Shown here piece after piece: positions 1-8,419 of a stretch of 24,000 bases of DNA. A program made the position numbers and the translations under genes. Numbering within the stretch: the stretch's first letter is position 1; each line of letters starts with the position of its first letter. The stretch is from Candidatus Saccharimonadota bacterium (GTDB taxonomy: Bacteria; Patescibacteriota; Saccharimonadia; Saccharimonadales; UBA10212): assembly GCA_019662065.1 (NCBI GenBank), contig JAIFWC010000002.1:9298-33297 (forward strand), read 5' to 3'. The notes under the pieces were generated by a model. The model was not told the DNA's origin. It saw only the letters and a program-made list of their open reading frames with translations, and did not search any database.

Positions 1-325
1 GGGTTTTCATTTGGGCATCGTATACCTGCCAGGTACTGATTAATAGGGATCTTTTAAAATCTTTTTTTAAGGCGGCGATTGGCTGATTCTTAGAATCAAA
101 AACATCATAAATTGCTCCAAAATCAAGGACAGATCGGGCTTTGGAGGATGCTACTACTTCTTGCTGGGATTCATCTTTATAAAGCGAGAATTGTTCGCGC
201 AAAGCAAACCGTTTTTGCTTTACGAAGCCAGCTGTTTGCTGCTGGCCATCGGGGCCATCCACAAGTACGTGGTATTCATTAACCAGCAGTGTAATTTTTT
301 GATGGAGCTCAAATAGTTTTTTCAT
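1..325 (-). CDS. Partial CDS (runs off left edge), LURP-one-related/Tubby-C-like fold protein
   Basis: Reverse complement from ATG at 325 is open to the window edge: MKKLFELHQKITLLVNEYHVLVDGPDGQQQTAGFVKQKRFALREQFSLYKDESQQEVVASSKARSVLDFGAIYDVFDSKNQPIAALKKDFKRSLLISTWQVYD. Family call from the motif pattern only. Confidence 0.6.
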   Translation of the reverse strand, partial: MKKLFELHQKITLLVNEYHVLVDGPDGQQQTAGFVKQKRFALREQFSLYKDESQQEVVASSKARSVLDFGAIYDVFDSKNQPIAALKKDFKRSLLISTWQVYDAQMKT

Positions 326-490
326 GGGACGAAATGCGTGAAGACCATAGTGTTAATATTGTAACTAAATTGCCGGACAAAAAGCACCTCACAAAGTGCC
401 AGTAGGGTGAGCTGGATACCGAACCCACAACTAGTGTCTGCTAAAGCAGTCAGTCGCGGGAATCAAAGCCCACCAGAGCAACCATAAAAA

Positions 491-516
491 AGTCCAAACC
501 AGGCTGGACTTTTTTT
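491..516 (-). terminator. Intrinsic terminator downstream of tRNA-Lys (T-tracts on both strands)
   Basis: AGTCCA..TGGACT hairpin followed by TTTTTT; minus strand reads AGTCCAGCCTGGTTTGGACTTTTTT just after the tRNA. Confidence 0.8.
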
Positions 517-517
517 G

Positions 518-594
518 TGGAGGGCCCAGTGGGATTCGAACCCACGACACGCGGCTTAAAAGGCCGCTGCTCTAACCAACTGAGCTATGGGCCC
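518..594 (-). tRNA. tRNA-Lys (UUU), CCA encoded
   Basis: GGGCCCA/TGGGCCC acceptor, anticodon arm GCGGC-CTTTTAA-GCCGC, T-arm GTGGG-TTCGAAT-CCCAC; 3' CCA at 518-520. Confidence 0.95.
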
Positions 595-596
595 CC

Positions 597-761
597 AAAT
601 CATTGTGCCGCCTCGACACTGCTTCAGGCTTAGCCCGAACCCTATCGAGGCTCTTGGCGAACTAGCGGATTGCTCGCTTGCGGTGCGTCCTCAATGTAGT
701 TTACTACACCTCCGGGCGCTCCTCAGCGGCGCCCCGCTATTTCGCTTAAGCACAATGATTT
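597..761. repeat. 165-bp segment bounded by a perfect 12-bp inverted repeat
   Basis: AAATCATTGTGC (597-608) and GCACAATGATTT (750-761), with nested GCCTCGA (610-616)/TCGAGGC (645-651) and TGTAG-TTTAC-TACA-type hairpin (695-708). Confidence 0.6.
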
Positions 762-843
762 GGAGGTCTTAGCAGAATCTGAACAACTTCTTAGATTATC
801 GGTTTTTAAGAATAAAAGTCAACACTTCTAAACTGCAATAAAA

Positions 844-903
844 AACACCCGATTTGGGTGTTGTGATTGCCCCACCCAGGTTTCCGAAGAAACCGGGTGG
901 GGC
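844..903 (-). terminator. Double hairpin terminator of secreted-protein cassette 1
   Basis: GC-rich 15-bp stem (one bulge) with CGAA/TTCG loop at 869-903, then AACACCC/GGGTGTT (844-862) followed on the minus strand by TTTTTTATT. Confidence 0.8.
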
Positions 904-925
904 AGATGAAGCTCGAAGTGACCTC

Positions 926-1300
926 TCAGCTGTGAAGGCTGATATTGGCCACATCGCCAGGCGTGATGACGAGTTGCTCGCCACCGCTGTTGAAGATGGT
1001 GGTCTTGTCGACGCCAGGACCCGTTTTGAGCGTGACGTTGCAGCCCATGTTCAGATGCCCGCTGGAGGTCGCTACCAGATGGGTGATGACGCCGGAGTAG
1101 TAGCTATCAATGGTGGTGACGCTGCAGTTGTCGCCGACCTGCTTGCCAGAGTTGACGACCTCCGCGCCGTTGTCGAGCGAGAAGGTGTACGCACTAGGCG
1201 AACTGTCGGCTGTAGCCGAACTAGCGGCCTTGGCGCCGCCGGCGAAGGCAGCGATGGCGCAGAGAGCGACCAGCATGACGATGATATTGCGGAGAGACAC
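926..1300 (-). CDS. Small secreted protein (signal peptide, two Cys), cassette 1
   Basis: GTG start at 1300 after AAAGGAG; VSLRNIIVMLVALCAIAAFAGGAKA signal peptide. The longer ORF start at 1381 lies in the shared leader. Confidence 0.75.
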   Translation of the reverse strand: MSLRNIIVMLVALCAIAAFAGGAKAASSATADSSPSAYTFSLDNGAEVVNSGKQVGDNCSVTTIDSYYSGVITHLVATSSGHLNMGCNVTLKTGPGVDKTTIFNSGGEQLVITPGDVANISLHS

Positions 1301-1375
1301 GGTGTGTCTCCTTTCTCCCCTGATGGGGATAGATGACCTCAAATTTTCAAACTTCATATCCTTAGTAAGGAGTAA

Positions 1376-1423
1376 TCCCACCTCGGATTGTTATATATTA
1401 ACATAAACACGATAAAAAAGCAA
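1376..1423 (-). promoter_or_regulatory. Shared promoter/leader, copy 1
   Basis: 48 nt matching 1990-2037 with one mismatch; minus strand TTGCTTTTTTATCGTGTTTATGTTAATATATAACAATCC. Confidence 0.75.
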
Positions 1424-1465
1424 CATCTAAAACTAAAACTTAACCTGGAATACTTGATAATAAAA

Positions 1466-1524
1466 AACACCCGACGTGGGTGTTACTGCCGCGACTCGAA
1501 ACTCCGAAGAGTTCGAGCCGCGGC
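1466..1524 (-). terminator. Double hairpin terminator of secreted-protein cassette 2
   Basis: GCCGCG..CGCGGC stem with CGAA-type loop (1488-1524), then AACACCC-GACGT-GGGTGTT (1466-1484), same architecture as 844-903. Confidence 0.8.
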
Positions 1525-1544
1525 CTTGAAGTGAAGATGATTCC

Positions 1545-1910
1545 CTAGCGGACCTTGATGTTGACAGCCCTGGATGCGACGAGACTGCCGTTGCACATGA
1601 GGTCGAACGTCAACTTCGAGTTCTTGTAGAGCGCCGGAGTGCTGAGCTGGCCGCCAGCCGATTGGCCAGAGGCGATAGTGCCCAGCGGGGCGTCGAAATT
1701 GAGCTCTTCGATGTGCAGGTAGCACGAGGCGTCCGAGGACGTGTTGTTCGTGACCGCGTAGTTCACTGTTGCGTTCCCGCCCGTCGAAACGAACGAGACT
1801 TGCGGCACCACACTCAGGCTGAAGCCTGACGGACTTGCAGATGCGACGGCTGAAGCCGCGAGAGCGAGTGTCAGTGAAGCGACTGCAATGACGATGAACT
1901 TGCGAAGCAT
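1545..1910 (-). CDS. Small secreted protein (signal peptide, two Cys), cassette 2
   Basis: MLRKFIVIAVASLTLALAASAVASA signal peptide; ATG at 1910 preceded by GGGGAGGAAGTGAGG. Confidence 0.8.
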   Translation of the reverse strand: MLRKFIVIAVASLTLALAASAVASASPSGFSLSVVPQVSFVSTGGNATVNYAVTNNTSSDASCYLHIEELNFDAPLGTIASGQSAGGQLSTPALYKNSKLTFDLMCNGSLVASRAVNIKVR

Positions 1911-1989
1911 TTCTGCCTCACTTCCTCCCCGAGGGGGAATCGTAGGTCCCTGGTTGTCAAATCTTGTACTTCTATCCTCAGCAGGAGTA

Positions 1990-2037
1990 TCCCACCTTGG
2001 ATTGTTATATATTAACATAAACACGATAAAAAAGCAA
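1990..2037 (-). promoter_or_regulatory. Shared promoter/leader, copy 2
   Basis: 39-nt perfect block (1999-2037 = 1385-1423) extended to 48 nt with one mismatch. Confidence 0.75.
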
Positions 2038-2127
2038 TATCTTTTATGGTTTTACTCCTTAAACTCAAGCAATTAACTTCTTAGCCAAGCTGTGGGATTA
2101 TTGCTTTGTCCACCGAAATTTTTCATC

Positions 2128-2391
2128 ATGCAATATGTATACGTACTAAGAAGTAAAAAAGATAAGCAGCTGTATGTTGGCTGTACCTACGATGTTAAGA
2201 AGCGTCTGTATGAGCATAATGGTAATAGAGTCCCTGCAACATCCTACAGAGGTCCATTTGAGGTAATTTACTATGAAGCATACCGAAATAAGTATGATGC
2301 TTTCTTCCGTGAAAAATGGCTAAAGACCGGTTGGGGACGACGGTACCTGAGAAAGGCGCTCCATAGTACGATGAAAAATTTAGGCGGATAA
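2128..2391 (+). CDS. GIY-YIG nuclease family protein
   Basis: MQYVYVLRSKKDKQLYVGCTYDVKKRLYEHN..., typical YVYVL...YVG...RL.EH pattern; ORF track start at 2092 is upstream of the likely Met. Confidence 0.85.
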   Translation: MQYVYVLRSKKDKQLYVGCTYDVKKRLYEHNGNRVPATSYRGPFEVIYYEAYRNKYDAFFREKWLKTGWGRRYLRKALHSTMKNLGG

Positions 2392-2393
2392 AA

Positions 2394-3833
2394 ATGAGGA
2401 AATTCCGCCGCACCAGTTTAATTGCCGCTCTTTGCTTATCGGCTTTAGTCGGGTTAGGGCTATCTAGAAAAATCAGTTTTACACCCAATATTTGGTACTT
2501 AGGGCTTTCGCCAGTGTTATTACTCCTTAAGCGTAAAAGCCTTTTGTCCCTGCTGGTGATTGTAGGGTTAGGCCTCGGGCTTGGTCTGTGGCGTGGTAGT
2601 TTGTACATGAATCATGTCTATCAGCTTAAGGCCCTAACAGGTCAAAAAGTTACCATTCAGGCTACGGCGACTGCCGATGCGGTTTACTCAACACGTGGGC
2701 AGATTGAATTCACGGCCAACAAGTCTCAGCTTTTGCTACCTGACAATAAACCGCTGGCTGGCAGTTTTAAAATCAGCGGCTTTGGCGTGCCGATGATTTA
2801 TCGGGGCGATAAAGTCCAGGTTTCGGGCAAGCTGTTTCCAATGCGCGGCAGTAATCAAGCCCGGATTGCCTACGCTCAGTTGCAGCGGCTGAGAGGCAAC
2901 GATGGCTTACTGTTTGGATTGACCCGCCGCTTTAACGCCGGCATGCAAAGCGCCTTACCGGAGCCTATGGCCTCATTCGGGCTAGGGCTCTTAATAGGCC
3001 AGCGGACTACCCTGCCGGCCGACATTACTGCGGCTCTGACAGCCGTTGGGCTAGTGCATATCGTGGCTGTTTCGGGCTATAACCTGACAATTATTGTCCG
3101 CGGTGTCGGCCGGCTAAAGCTGGGCTCCAAGTACCAAAAGTTGCTTATTTCGCTGGGATTGATAGCAATTTTTGTGCTAGTGACCGGCTTTAGCGCCAGC
3201 ATAGTCCGGGCGGCCATCGTATCAGTTCTTAGCCTGTGGGCTTGGTATTATGGCCGACATATCAAACCAGTCGCCCTTATTAGTTTTGCCGCAGCCGTCA
3301 CCGGACTGTGGAATCCGTTTTATATCTGGGGCGACCTGGGCTGGTATTTGTCTTTCCTAGCTTTCTTTGGCGTATTAGTGATTGCCCCGCTAATCGCTGC
3401 CCGCTTTAAGCAACAGCCCAAATTATTAACTATGGTACTGCTAGAAACCTTATCGGCCGAGGTTATGACGCTGCCGTTGATCCTGATGACTTTTAGCCAG
3501 CTATCTATTGTGGCGCTAATCGCTAATCTGTTAATTGTGCCTTTGGTGCCACTGGCGATGCTGTTAACGGCTGTAGCCGGAGCGGCCGGGGCTTTTATGC
3601 CACAAATTGCCGGCTGGTTGGCTTTGCCAGCCCGCTTGCTACTGACATACATGCTTGATCTAGTCCACGCGCTATCTAATATTCCATCAGCGTTAGTCCA
3701 TAGGGCTATCAGTCTCATATATATGTTGGCTTTCTACACAGTCGTTTTATTGGTGGTGTTAATTATGCATCATAGAAGGTCCAAAGCTAGGCCCAAAGGG
3801 CCCATCATGAACACCTTAAACATGGTAAAATAA
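2394..3833 (+). CDS. comEC: ComEC/Rec2 family competence membrane protein
   Basis: Multi-TM protein with HIVAVSGYNLTII and the Competence domain pattern; no C-terminal MBL domain in the 479 aa. Confidence 0.8.
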   Translation: MRKFRRTSLIAALCLSALVGLGLSRKISFTPNIWYLGLSPVLLLLKRKSLLSLLVIVGLGLGLGLWRGSLYMNHVYQLKALTGQKVTIQATATADAVYSTRGQIEFTANKSQLLLPDNKPLAGSFKISGFGVPMIYRGDKVQVSGKLFPMRGSNQARIAYAQLQRLRGNDGLLFGLTRRFNAGMQSALPEPMASFGLGLLIGQRTTLPADITAALTAVGLVHIVAVSGYNLTIIVRGVGRLKLGSKYQKLLISLGLIAIFVLVTGFSASIVRAAIVSVLSLWAWYYGRHIKPVALISFAAAVTGLWNPFYIWGDLGWYLSFLAFFGVLVIAPLIAARFKQQPKLLTMVLLETLSAEVMTLPLILMTFSQLSIVALIANLLIVPLVPLAMLLTAVAGAAGAFMPQIAGWLALPARLLLTYMLDLVHALSNIPSALVHRAISLIYMLAFYTVVLLVVLIMHHRRSKARPKGPIMNTLNMVK

Positions 3834-3838
3834 CAGAT

Positions 3839-4570
3839 ATGTCTGGACATTCTAAGTGGGCGACAATTAAGCGCCAAAAAGGAGCTAACGATGCCAAACG
3901 TGGCGCTTTATTTACCAAGCTGGGAAATCAGCTGGCAATTGCGGCTCGCGGCGGTATTGACCCGGCGCACAATTCGGCGCTGGCGCTGGCTATAGAAAAA
4001 GCTAAAGCCGCCAACATGCCAACCGCCAACATTGAGCGGTCTATCCAGCGGGCCGCCGATAAGTCAGCCGCCCAACTAGAACAAGCCATGTACGAGGGCT
4101 ATGGGCCTGGTGGTGTAGCGGTTTTAGTGGAAGTTGCCACAGATAACAAAAATCGCACCTTGCCGGAAGTCCGCACTGCTTTTAGCAAAAGTGGCGGCAG
4201 CATGGCTGAGCCGGGTAGCGTGGCTTTTCAATTTAGCCGCAAGGGAATAATTCGTTTGAAAGGGACTGGTGACGGGGTAGAATTGCAGGCCATCGAAGCC
4301 GGCGCCGAAGATGTTTTTGAGGAGCCAGAAACCGGGGAAACCGTCGTGCATACTGCCCCTAATGAATTAGCCAAAGTCCGAGATGCCTTGAAGAAGCAGG
4401 GGGCCGAAGTCGTAGATGCCGAACTCAGCCATGAGCCCAACAACACCATGGAAATATCTGATCCCGAAACTGCCCGCAAAATTATTCGGCTAATGGACAC
4501 TTTGGAAGACCTCGATGATGTCACCGCCACCCACACCAACTTCGAGCTAGCTGATAGCTTAAATCTTTAG
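3839..4570 (+). CDS. yebC: YebC/PmpR (TACO1) family protein
   Basis: MSGHSKWATIKRQKGANDAKRGALFTKL signature. Confidence 0.97.
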   Translation: MSGHSKWATIKRQKGANDAKRGALFTKLGNQLAIAARGGIDPAHNSALALAIEKAKAANMPTANIERSIQRAADKSAAQLEQAMYEGYGPGGVAVLVEVATDNKNRTLPEVRTAFSKSGGSMAEPGSVAFQFSRKGIIRLKGTGDGVELQAIEAGAEDVFEEPETGETVVHTAPNELAKVRDALKKQGAEVVDAELSHEPNNTMEISDPETARKIIRLMDTLEDLDDVTATHTNFELADSLNL

Positions 4571-4571
4571 A

Positions 4572-5210
4572 ATGCGCTTGTTTTTATCTTCTTACAGGGC
4601 GGGGAATTACCCTGAAAAGCTGGTAAAGCTTTTTGGCAAGGGTACCAAGGTGGCGGTTATTACCAATGCCAAAGATTACAAAAGCCCAGCCGAACGCCAG
4701 GAAAGTGCAGGGGATTTACTCGATTTTTTAAGTGAGTTGGGGTTAAAGCCGATAGAGCTGGATTTACGGTCGTATTTTGATAACAAAGATAAATTAAACA
4801 AAGAGCTATCAAACTATGCGGCTGTGTGGCTGGCCGGCGGCAACGCCTTTCTATTACGCCGGGCGTTAGCTTATAGCGGCGCCGATAAGCTACTCTATGA
4901 CTTAGTGCGTAAAAATGAGTTAGTGTATGCCGGCGAAAGCGCTGGAGCTATTTTAGCAACGCCTAGCCTTACTGGCGCAAGTGGTGAGGGTGAGGACGAT
5001 CCTAAACTTGTGCCTGACGGCTATCAACCCGAAATTATTTGGAACGGGCTGGATTTTATTTCTTATCATCTGGTGCCGCACTATCAATCGGAATGGTCGG
5101 GTGCCGACGATATGCTCAAAACCCTCATGGCCAAAAATTTGCCATATAAAACTTTGACCGACAATCAAGTATTGTTAATAAACGGTGCCCAAGAGGAACT
5201 TTTAGGATGA
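4572..5210 (+). CDS. Type 1 glutamine amidotransferase-like / peptidase S51 family
   Basis: AVWLAGGNAFLLRRAL and YAGESAGAILATPS (nucleophile elbow) with YHLVPHY. Confidence 0.85.
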   Translation: MRLFLSSYRAGNYPEKLVKLFGKGTKVAVITNAKDYKSPAERQESAGDLLDFLSELGLKPIELDLRSYFDNKDKLNKELSNYAAVWLAGGNAFLLRRALAYSGADKLLYDLVRKNELVYAGESAGAILATPSLTGASGEGEDDPKLVPDGYQPEIIWNGLDFISYHLVPHYQSEWSGADDMLKTLMAKNLPYKTLTDNQVLLINGAQEELLG

Positions 5211-5683
5211 GGATTATTGGCATTGACCCTGGTACGGGTATTTTGGGGTTTGGGGTAATTGAGTCAGAGAGTGGCAAAAACCAGCTGGTGGATGCTGGTG
5301 TGATTCGGACTCCAGTCAAAGAGGACGATGCCGTACGATTGCAGACGATTTATGAAGAAATATCAGATATAATCGCCCAGACAAAACCTCAGGAAATGTC
5401 TATCGAAAGGCTATTTTTTGCCCAAAATGTCACTACGGCCATGACCGTGGCACAGGCCAGGGGAGTGGTACTGCTGGCCGGTATGCAGGCTGGACTGAAA
5501 ATCAGCGAATACACACCGCTGCAAATCAAACAGTCTTTGACCGGCTATGGCCGGGCCGAGAAAAAGCAGATGCAGGAGATGGTTCGAGTCCTGCTGGGGC
5601 TACCAGAGGTACCTCAGCCCGATGACTGTGCCGATGCCTTGGCGGCGGCCTTAACCCACGCTGCCACGAGTAAGGTAAAATAA
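5207..5683 (+). CDS. ruvC: Holliday junction endodeoxyribonuclease RuvC
   Basis: MRIIGIDPGTGILGFGVIE, IERLFFAQN, DCADALAAALTH; ATGA overlap with the upstream gene. Confidence 0.96.
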   Translation: MRIIGIDPGTGILGFGVIESESGKNQLVDAGVIRTPVKEDDAVRLQTIYEEISDIIAQTKPQEMSIERLFFAQNVTTAMTVAQARGVVLLAGMQAGLKISEYTPLQIKQSLTGYGRAEKKQMQEMVRVLLGLPEVPQPDDCADALAAALTHAATSKVK

Positions 5684-5687
5684 GGCC

Positions 5688-6260
5688 ATGATAGCGACGC
5701 TGGAAGGGAAGATAGCCCAAAAAATCGGTGACTTAGTCGTCATTGAATGCGGCGGCGTGGGCTACGGCCTGTTCGTCACATTCGAGGATTTTGGGGCTCT
5801 TAACAGCGGCGAAGAAGCCAAATTATTTATTTACGAGCATATCCGCGAAAACACCCACGATTTATTTGGTTTTCGTAATCTTGAAACTAAGTTTTTATTT
5901 GAGCAACTACTGAGTGTTAATGGAGTGGGGCCTAAAATGGCCCTGGCGATTTTAAGTGTTGCCAATGCCAGCCAGGTGCGCAAAGCCATTGCCGCCGGCG
6001 ACACCAAATTTATCTCGCAAGCCACAGGGGTCGGAAAGCGCGTCGCTGAGCGGGTAGTAGTAGACCTCAAAGACAAGGTTGGCTTAACTTCAGACGAAAA
6101 CGCCACAGACTTCCTAACTGCCACCGCCAACCCCAACGACGAAGCCCTGCAAGGCCTCGTAGCCCTTGGCTACTCCGTCCAAGATGCCGCTGAGGCTTTA
6201 AAAGACATAGATGATAAACTGTCTGCAGAAGAACGTATCAAGTTAGCCCTAAAAAACTAA
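5688..6260 (+). CDS. ruvA: Holliday junction DNA helicase subunit RuvA
   Basis: MIATLEGKIAQKIGDLVVIECGGVGYGLFV, VNGVGPKMALAIL, GVGKRVAERVVVDLKDK. Confidence 0.96.
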   Translation: MIATLEGKIAQKIGDLVVIECGGVGYGLFVTFEDFGALNSGEEAKLFIYEHIRENTHDLFGFRNLETKFLFEQLLSVNGVGPKMALAILSVANASQVRKAIAAGDTKFISQATGVGKRVAERVVVDLKDKVGLTSDENATDFLTATANPNDEALQGLVALGYSVQDAAEALKDIDDKLSAEERIKLALKN

Positions 6261-6262
6261 AA

Positions 6263-7402
6263 ATGACCGAAAATTTAGCCAAAACCGAAGCCAGCGTCGA
6301 GCTATCAGATGAGAAATCATCTGAGAACCTGGATTATTATCTGAATAAAATAGGTGCGGCTGATGTTATTGACCGGTTTTCGCCATACGATAAGCGTACT
6401 ATGGCTGTGCCTTTGATATTGCACCTCGAACCTTTGCCCGTTCCCCAGAAACCAAGTACTGAAAGGGATAGGATGGTAGCTTTTTTCGAAGGGCAGAATT
6501 GGCTGCCCAAACAGCGCCAAGAAGCCACCATAGCCAGCTTAACCGGCATAGATGAAACACTGAGACGCGCTAAAAAGACTAAAAAAGGCGATCCGCTCAG
6601 GGCCCAGAAGTCGTTTTTAGCCAGCATAAGAGGCTACGACCAAGAAGCTATAAAAGACGAGAAAATATTAAGCGCTGTCCGTATTCCCACTGAAGAGATG
6701 ACGATAATCCCTGATATCGATAGATTGCGGACTGACCGGGCGGCTTTGTACACTTTAGCCGACTATTTAATGGCCAGGGAGTTTCTGGACAAAGCTGAGT
6801 GGCCCAGCTCGAATAGCCACGCCTATAGAGACCGGCAAAGTTACTGGCGAGGATTTATGATTTTTGCCGGCCAACACGCGCCAGAGGAAGTTCTTAAGGA
6901 TGTATTCAACTATTACTTTGATAAGGCTCAGGAAAGACGTAATTTCTGGTCAGAGAAGTTTAAGAACGTTAATGGGAAAATTGGCCACTTGGCAGTTGAG
7001 GACGTGGCTATGACAGTGATACCTGAAAGGCCAGTTGAAGAGATAAGCTATAAAAGCGGCAACCGGCCAGATATCGATAGCTTTAATGAAATGCTTTCAG
7101 ACAAAGCGGTTGATGAACTAGCCACCGCGGCTGCTAAATACACCGATAAGACTGACCAAATCATGAGATATGTCCAAGACCAAGGCATGAGCCAGGCGCA
7201 GGCTGAGCTTAGGGTGCTGGGCCGGCGAGCCGAGTGGCATGAAGGGCACATTGTAGGGTTAAAGCCCATTGACGACAAACCAAGTCCAGAAGCTATAGAA
7301 AAAGCCAAGAAGCCCGCCAGTAATGCATCACTTAAACCTGGAGTACGTCGTTTGCCTGGTTATGATCAGGAGCGTGATCCTAGTAACCCGCAACCTTTCT
7401 AG
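6263..7402 (+). CDS. Hypothetical protein, 379 aa
   Basis: Long ORF continuous with the operon; no family recognised; charged, probably soluble. Confidence 0.8.
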   Translation: MTENLAKTEASVELSDEKSSENLDYYLNKIGAADVIDRFSPYDKRTMAVPLILHLEPLPVPQKPSTERDRMVAFFEGQNWLPKQRQEATIASLTGIDETLRRAKKTKKGDPLRAQKSFLASIRGYDQEAIKDEKILSAVRIPTEEMTIIPDIDRLRTDRAALYTLADYLMAREFLDKAEWPSSNSHAYRDRQSYWRGFMIFAGQHAPEEVLKDVFNYYFDKAQERRNFWSEKFKNVNGKIGHLAVEDVAMTVIPERPVEEISYKSGNRPDIDSFNEMLSDKAVDELATAAAKYTDKTDQIMRYVQDQGMSQAQAELRVLGRRAEWHEGHIVGLKPIDDKPSPEAIEKAKKPASNASLKPGVRRLPGYDQERDPSNPQPF

Positions 7403-7411
7403 TAATATATA

Positions 7412-8410
7412 GTGATGAGTTTTTTGGAGGAGTTGCCGAGGCCGTTTTTTGTGTTGGCGCCGATGGATGATGTGACGGATGTAGTATTTCGTCAGATTGT
7501 GGCTGAGTGCGCCAAGCCCGATATTTCATTTACGGAATTTGTAAATGTCGATGGCCTGCAAAGCCCGGGCCGAGAGAAGCTGCTACACAAGTTAAAGCTT
7601 TCTGAAAATGAAGGGCCGGTAATTGCCCAGTTGTGGGGACTAAAGCCCGAAAATTTTTATAAAACTGTAAAAGAGCTTGTGGATGGGACGCTTGTTGCGG
7701 AAGCGAATGCACTGCAAGGAAAAGACGAGAAGCGGAGCTTTGCAGGGGTGGATTTGAATATGGGCTGCCCAGTAAAAACAGTTATTAAAAACGGCGCCTG
7801 CGCGGCACTGATCAATAACAGGGAACTAGCCGGAGAAATTATAGATGCCGCCAAGCAAGCAGCAGGGGAAGACTTCCCTGTCAGTGTTAAGACTCGCGTA
7901 GGATTTACAACGATTGATATGAGCTGGATTGAGTTTTTATTATCTAAAAAAATACTTAACATGTTAAGTATTCATGGCCGCACAGCTAAAGAGCTGTCTA
8001 GCGTTCCGGCTAACTGGGACTTGGTTGGCCAAGCCCGGCAACTGCGTGATTCCCTGTCGCCCTCGACCTTAATTGTCGGCAATGGGGACGTAATGAGCCG
8101 CCAGCAGGGCGAAGAACTAGCCCAAAAGTATAAATTAGACGGCATCATGATTGGCCGCGGCATTTTTCATGACCCATTCGCTTTTGCCGAACATAGCCCC
8201 TGGGCGCGGTGGAGTGAGGCTCAAAAGCTAGAGCTTTTTAGAAGGCATATCGAACTTTATCTGGATACCTACAAAAAAAATGAGCGTCGTTTTGAAGCCC
8301 TGCGTAAGTTCTGCAAACTCTACATAAGTGGCTTTGACGATGCCTCAGAGCTACGAGCCAGATTTATGGAAACAAAAACCCCACAGCAAGTCCTGCAACT
8401 ACTGAACTAA
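7412..8410 (+). CDS. dus: tRNA-dihydrouridine synthase
   Basis: FVLAPMDDVTDVVFR, DLNMGCPVKTVIKNGACAAL, SVKTRVG, IHGRT, NGDV, GIMIGRG. Start GTG 7412 or ATG 7415. Confidence 0.93.
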   Translation: MMSFLEELPRPFFVLAPMDDVTDVVFRQIVAECAKPDISFTEFVNVDGLQSPGREKLLHKLKLSENEGPVIAQLWGLKPENFYKTVKELVDGTLVAEANALQGKDEKRSFAGVDLNMGCPVKTVIKNGACAALINNRELAGEIIDAAKQAAGEDFPVSVKTRVGFTTIDMSWIEFLLSKKILNMLSIHGRTAKELSSVPANWDLVGQARQLRDSLSPSTLIVGNGDVMSRQQGEELAQKYKLDGIMIGRGIFHDPFAFAEHSPWARWSEAQKLELFRRHIELYLDTYKKNERRFEALRKFCKLYISGFDDASELRARFMETKTPQQVLQLLN

Positions 8411-8419
8411 AATGGGATC

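Noticed and set aside
587-772. 61-aa ORF
   Set aside because: Starts inside tRNA-Lys and covers the inverted-repeat element; no RBS and no protein-like features.
854-1336. Plus-strand 160-aa ORF
   Set aside because: Antisense to the secreted-protein CDS, which has signal peptide, RBS, promoter and terminators; the plus ORF begins inside the terminator hairpin.
7952-7971. Palindrome in dus as an insertion scar
   Set aside because: The reading frame and the conserved IHGRT motif context are intact, so it is ordinary coding sequence that happens to be palindromic, unless conservation shows otherwise.
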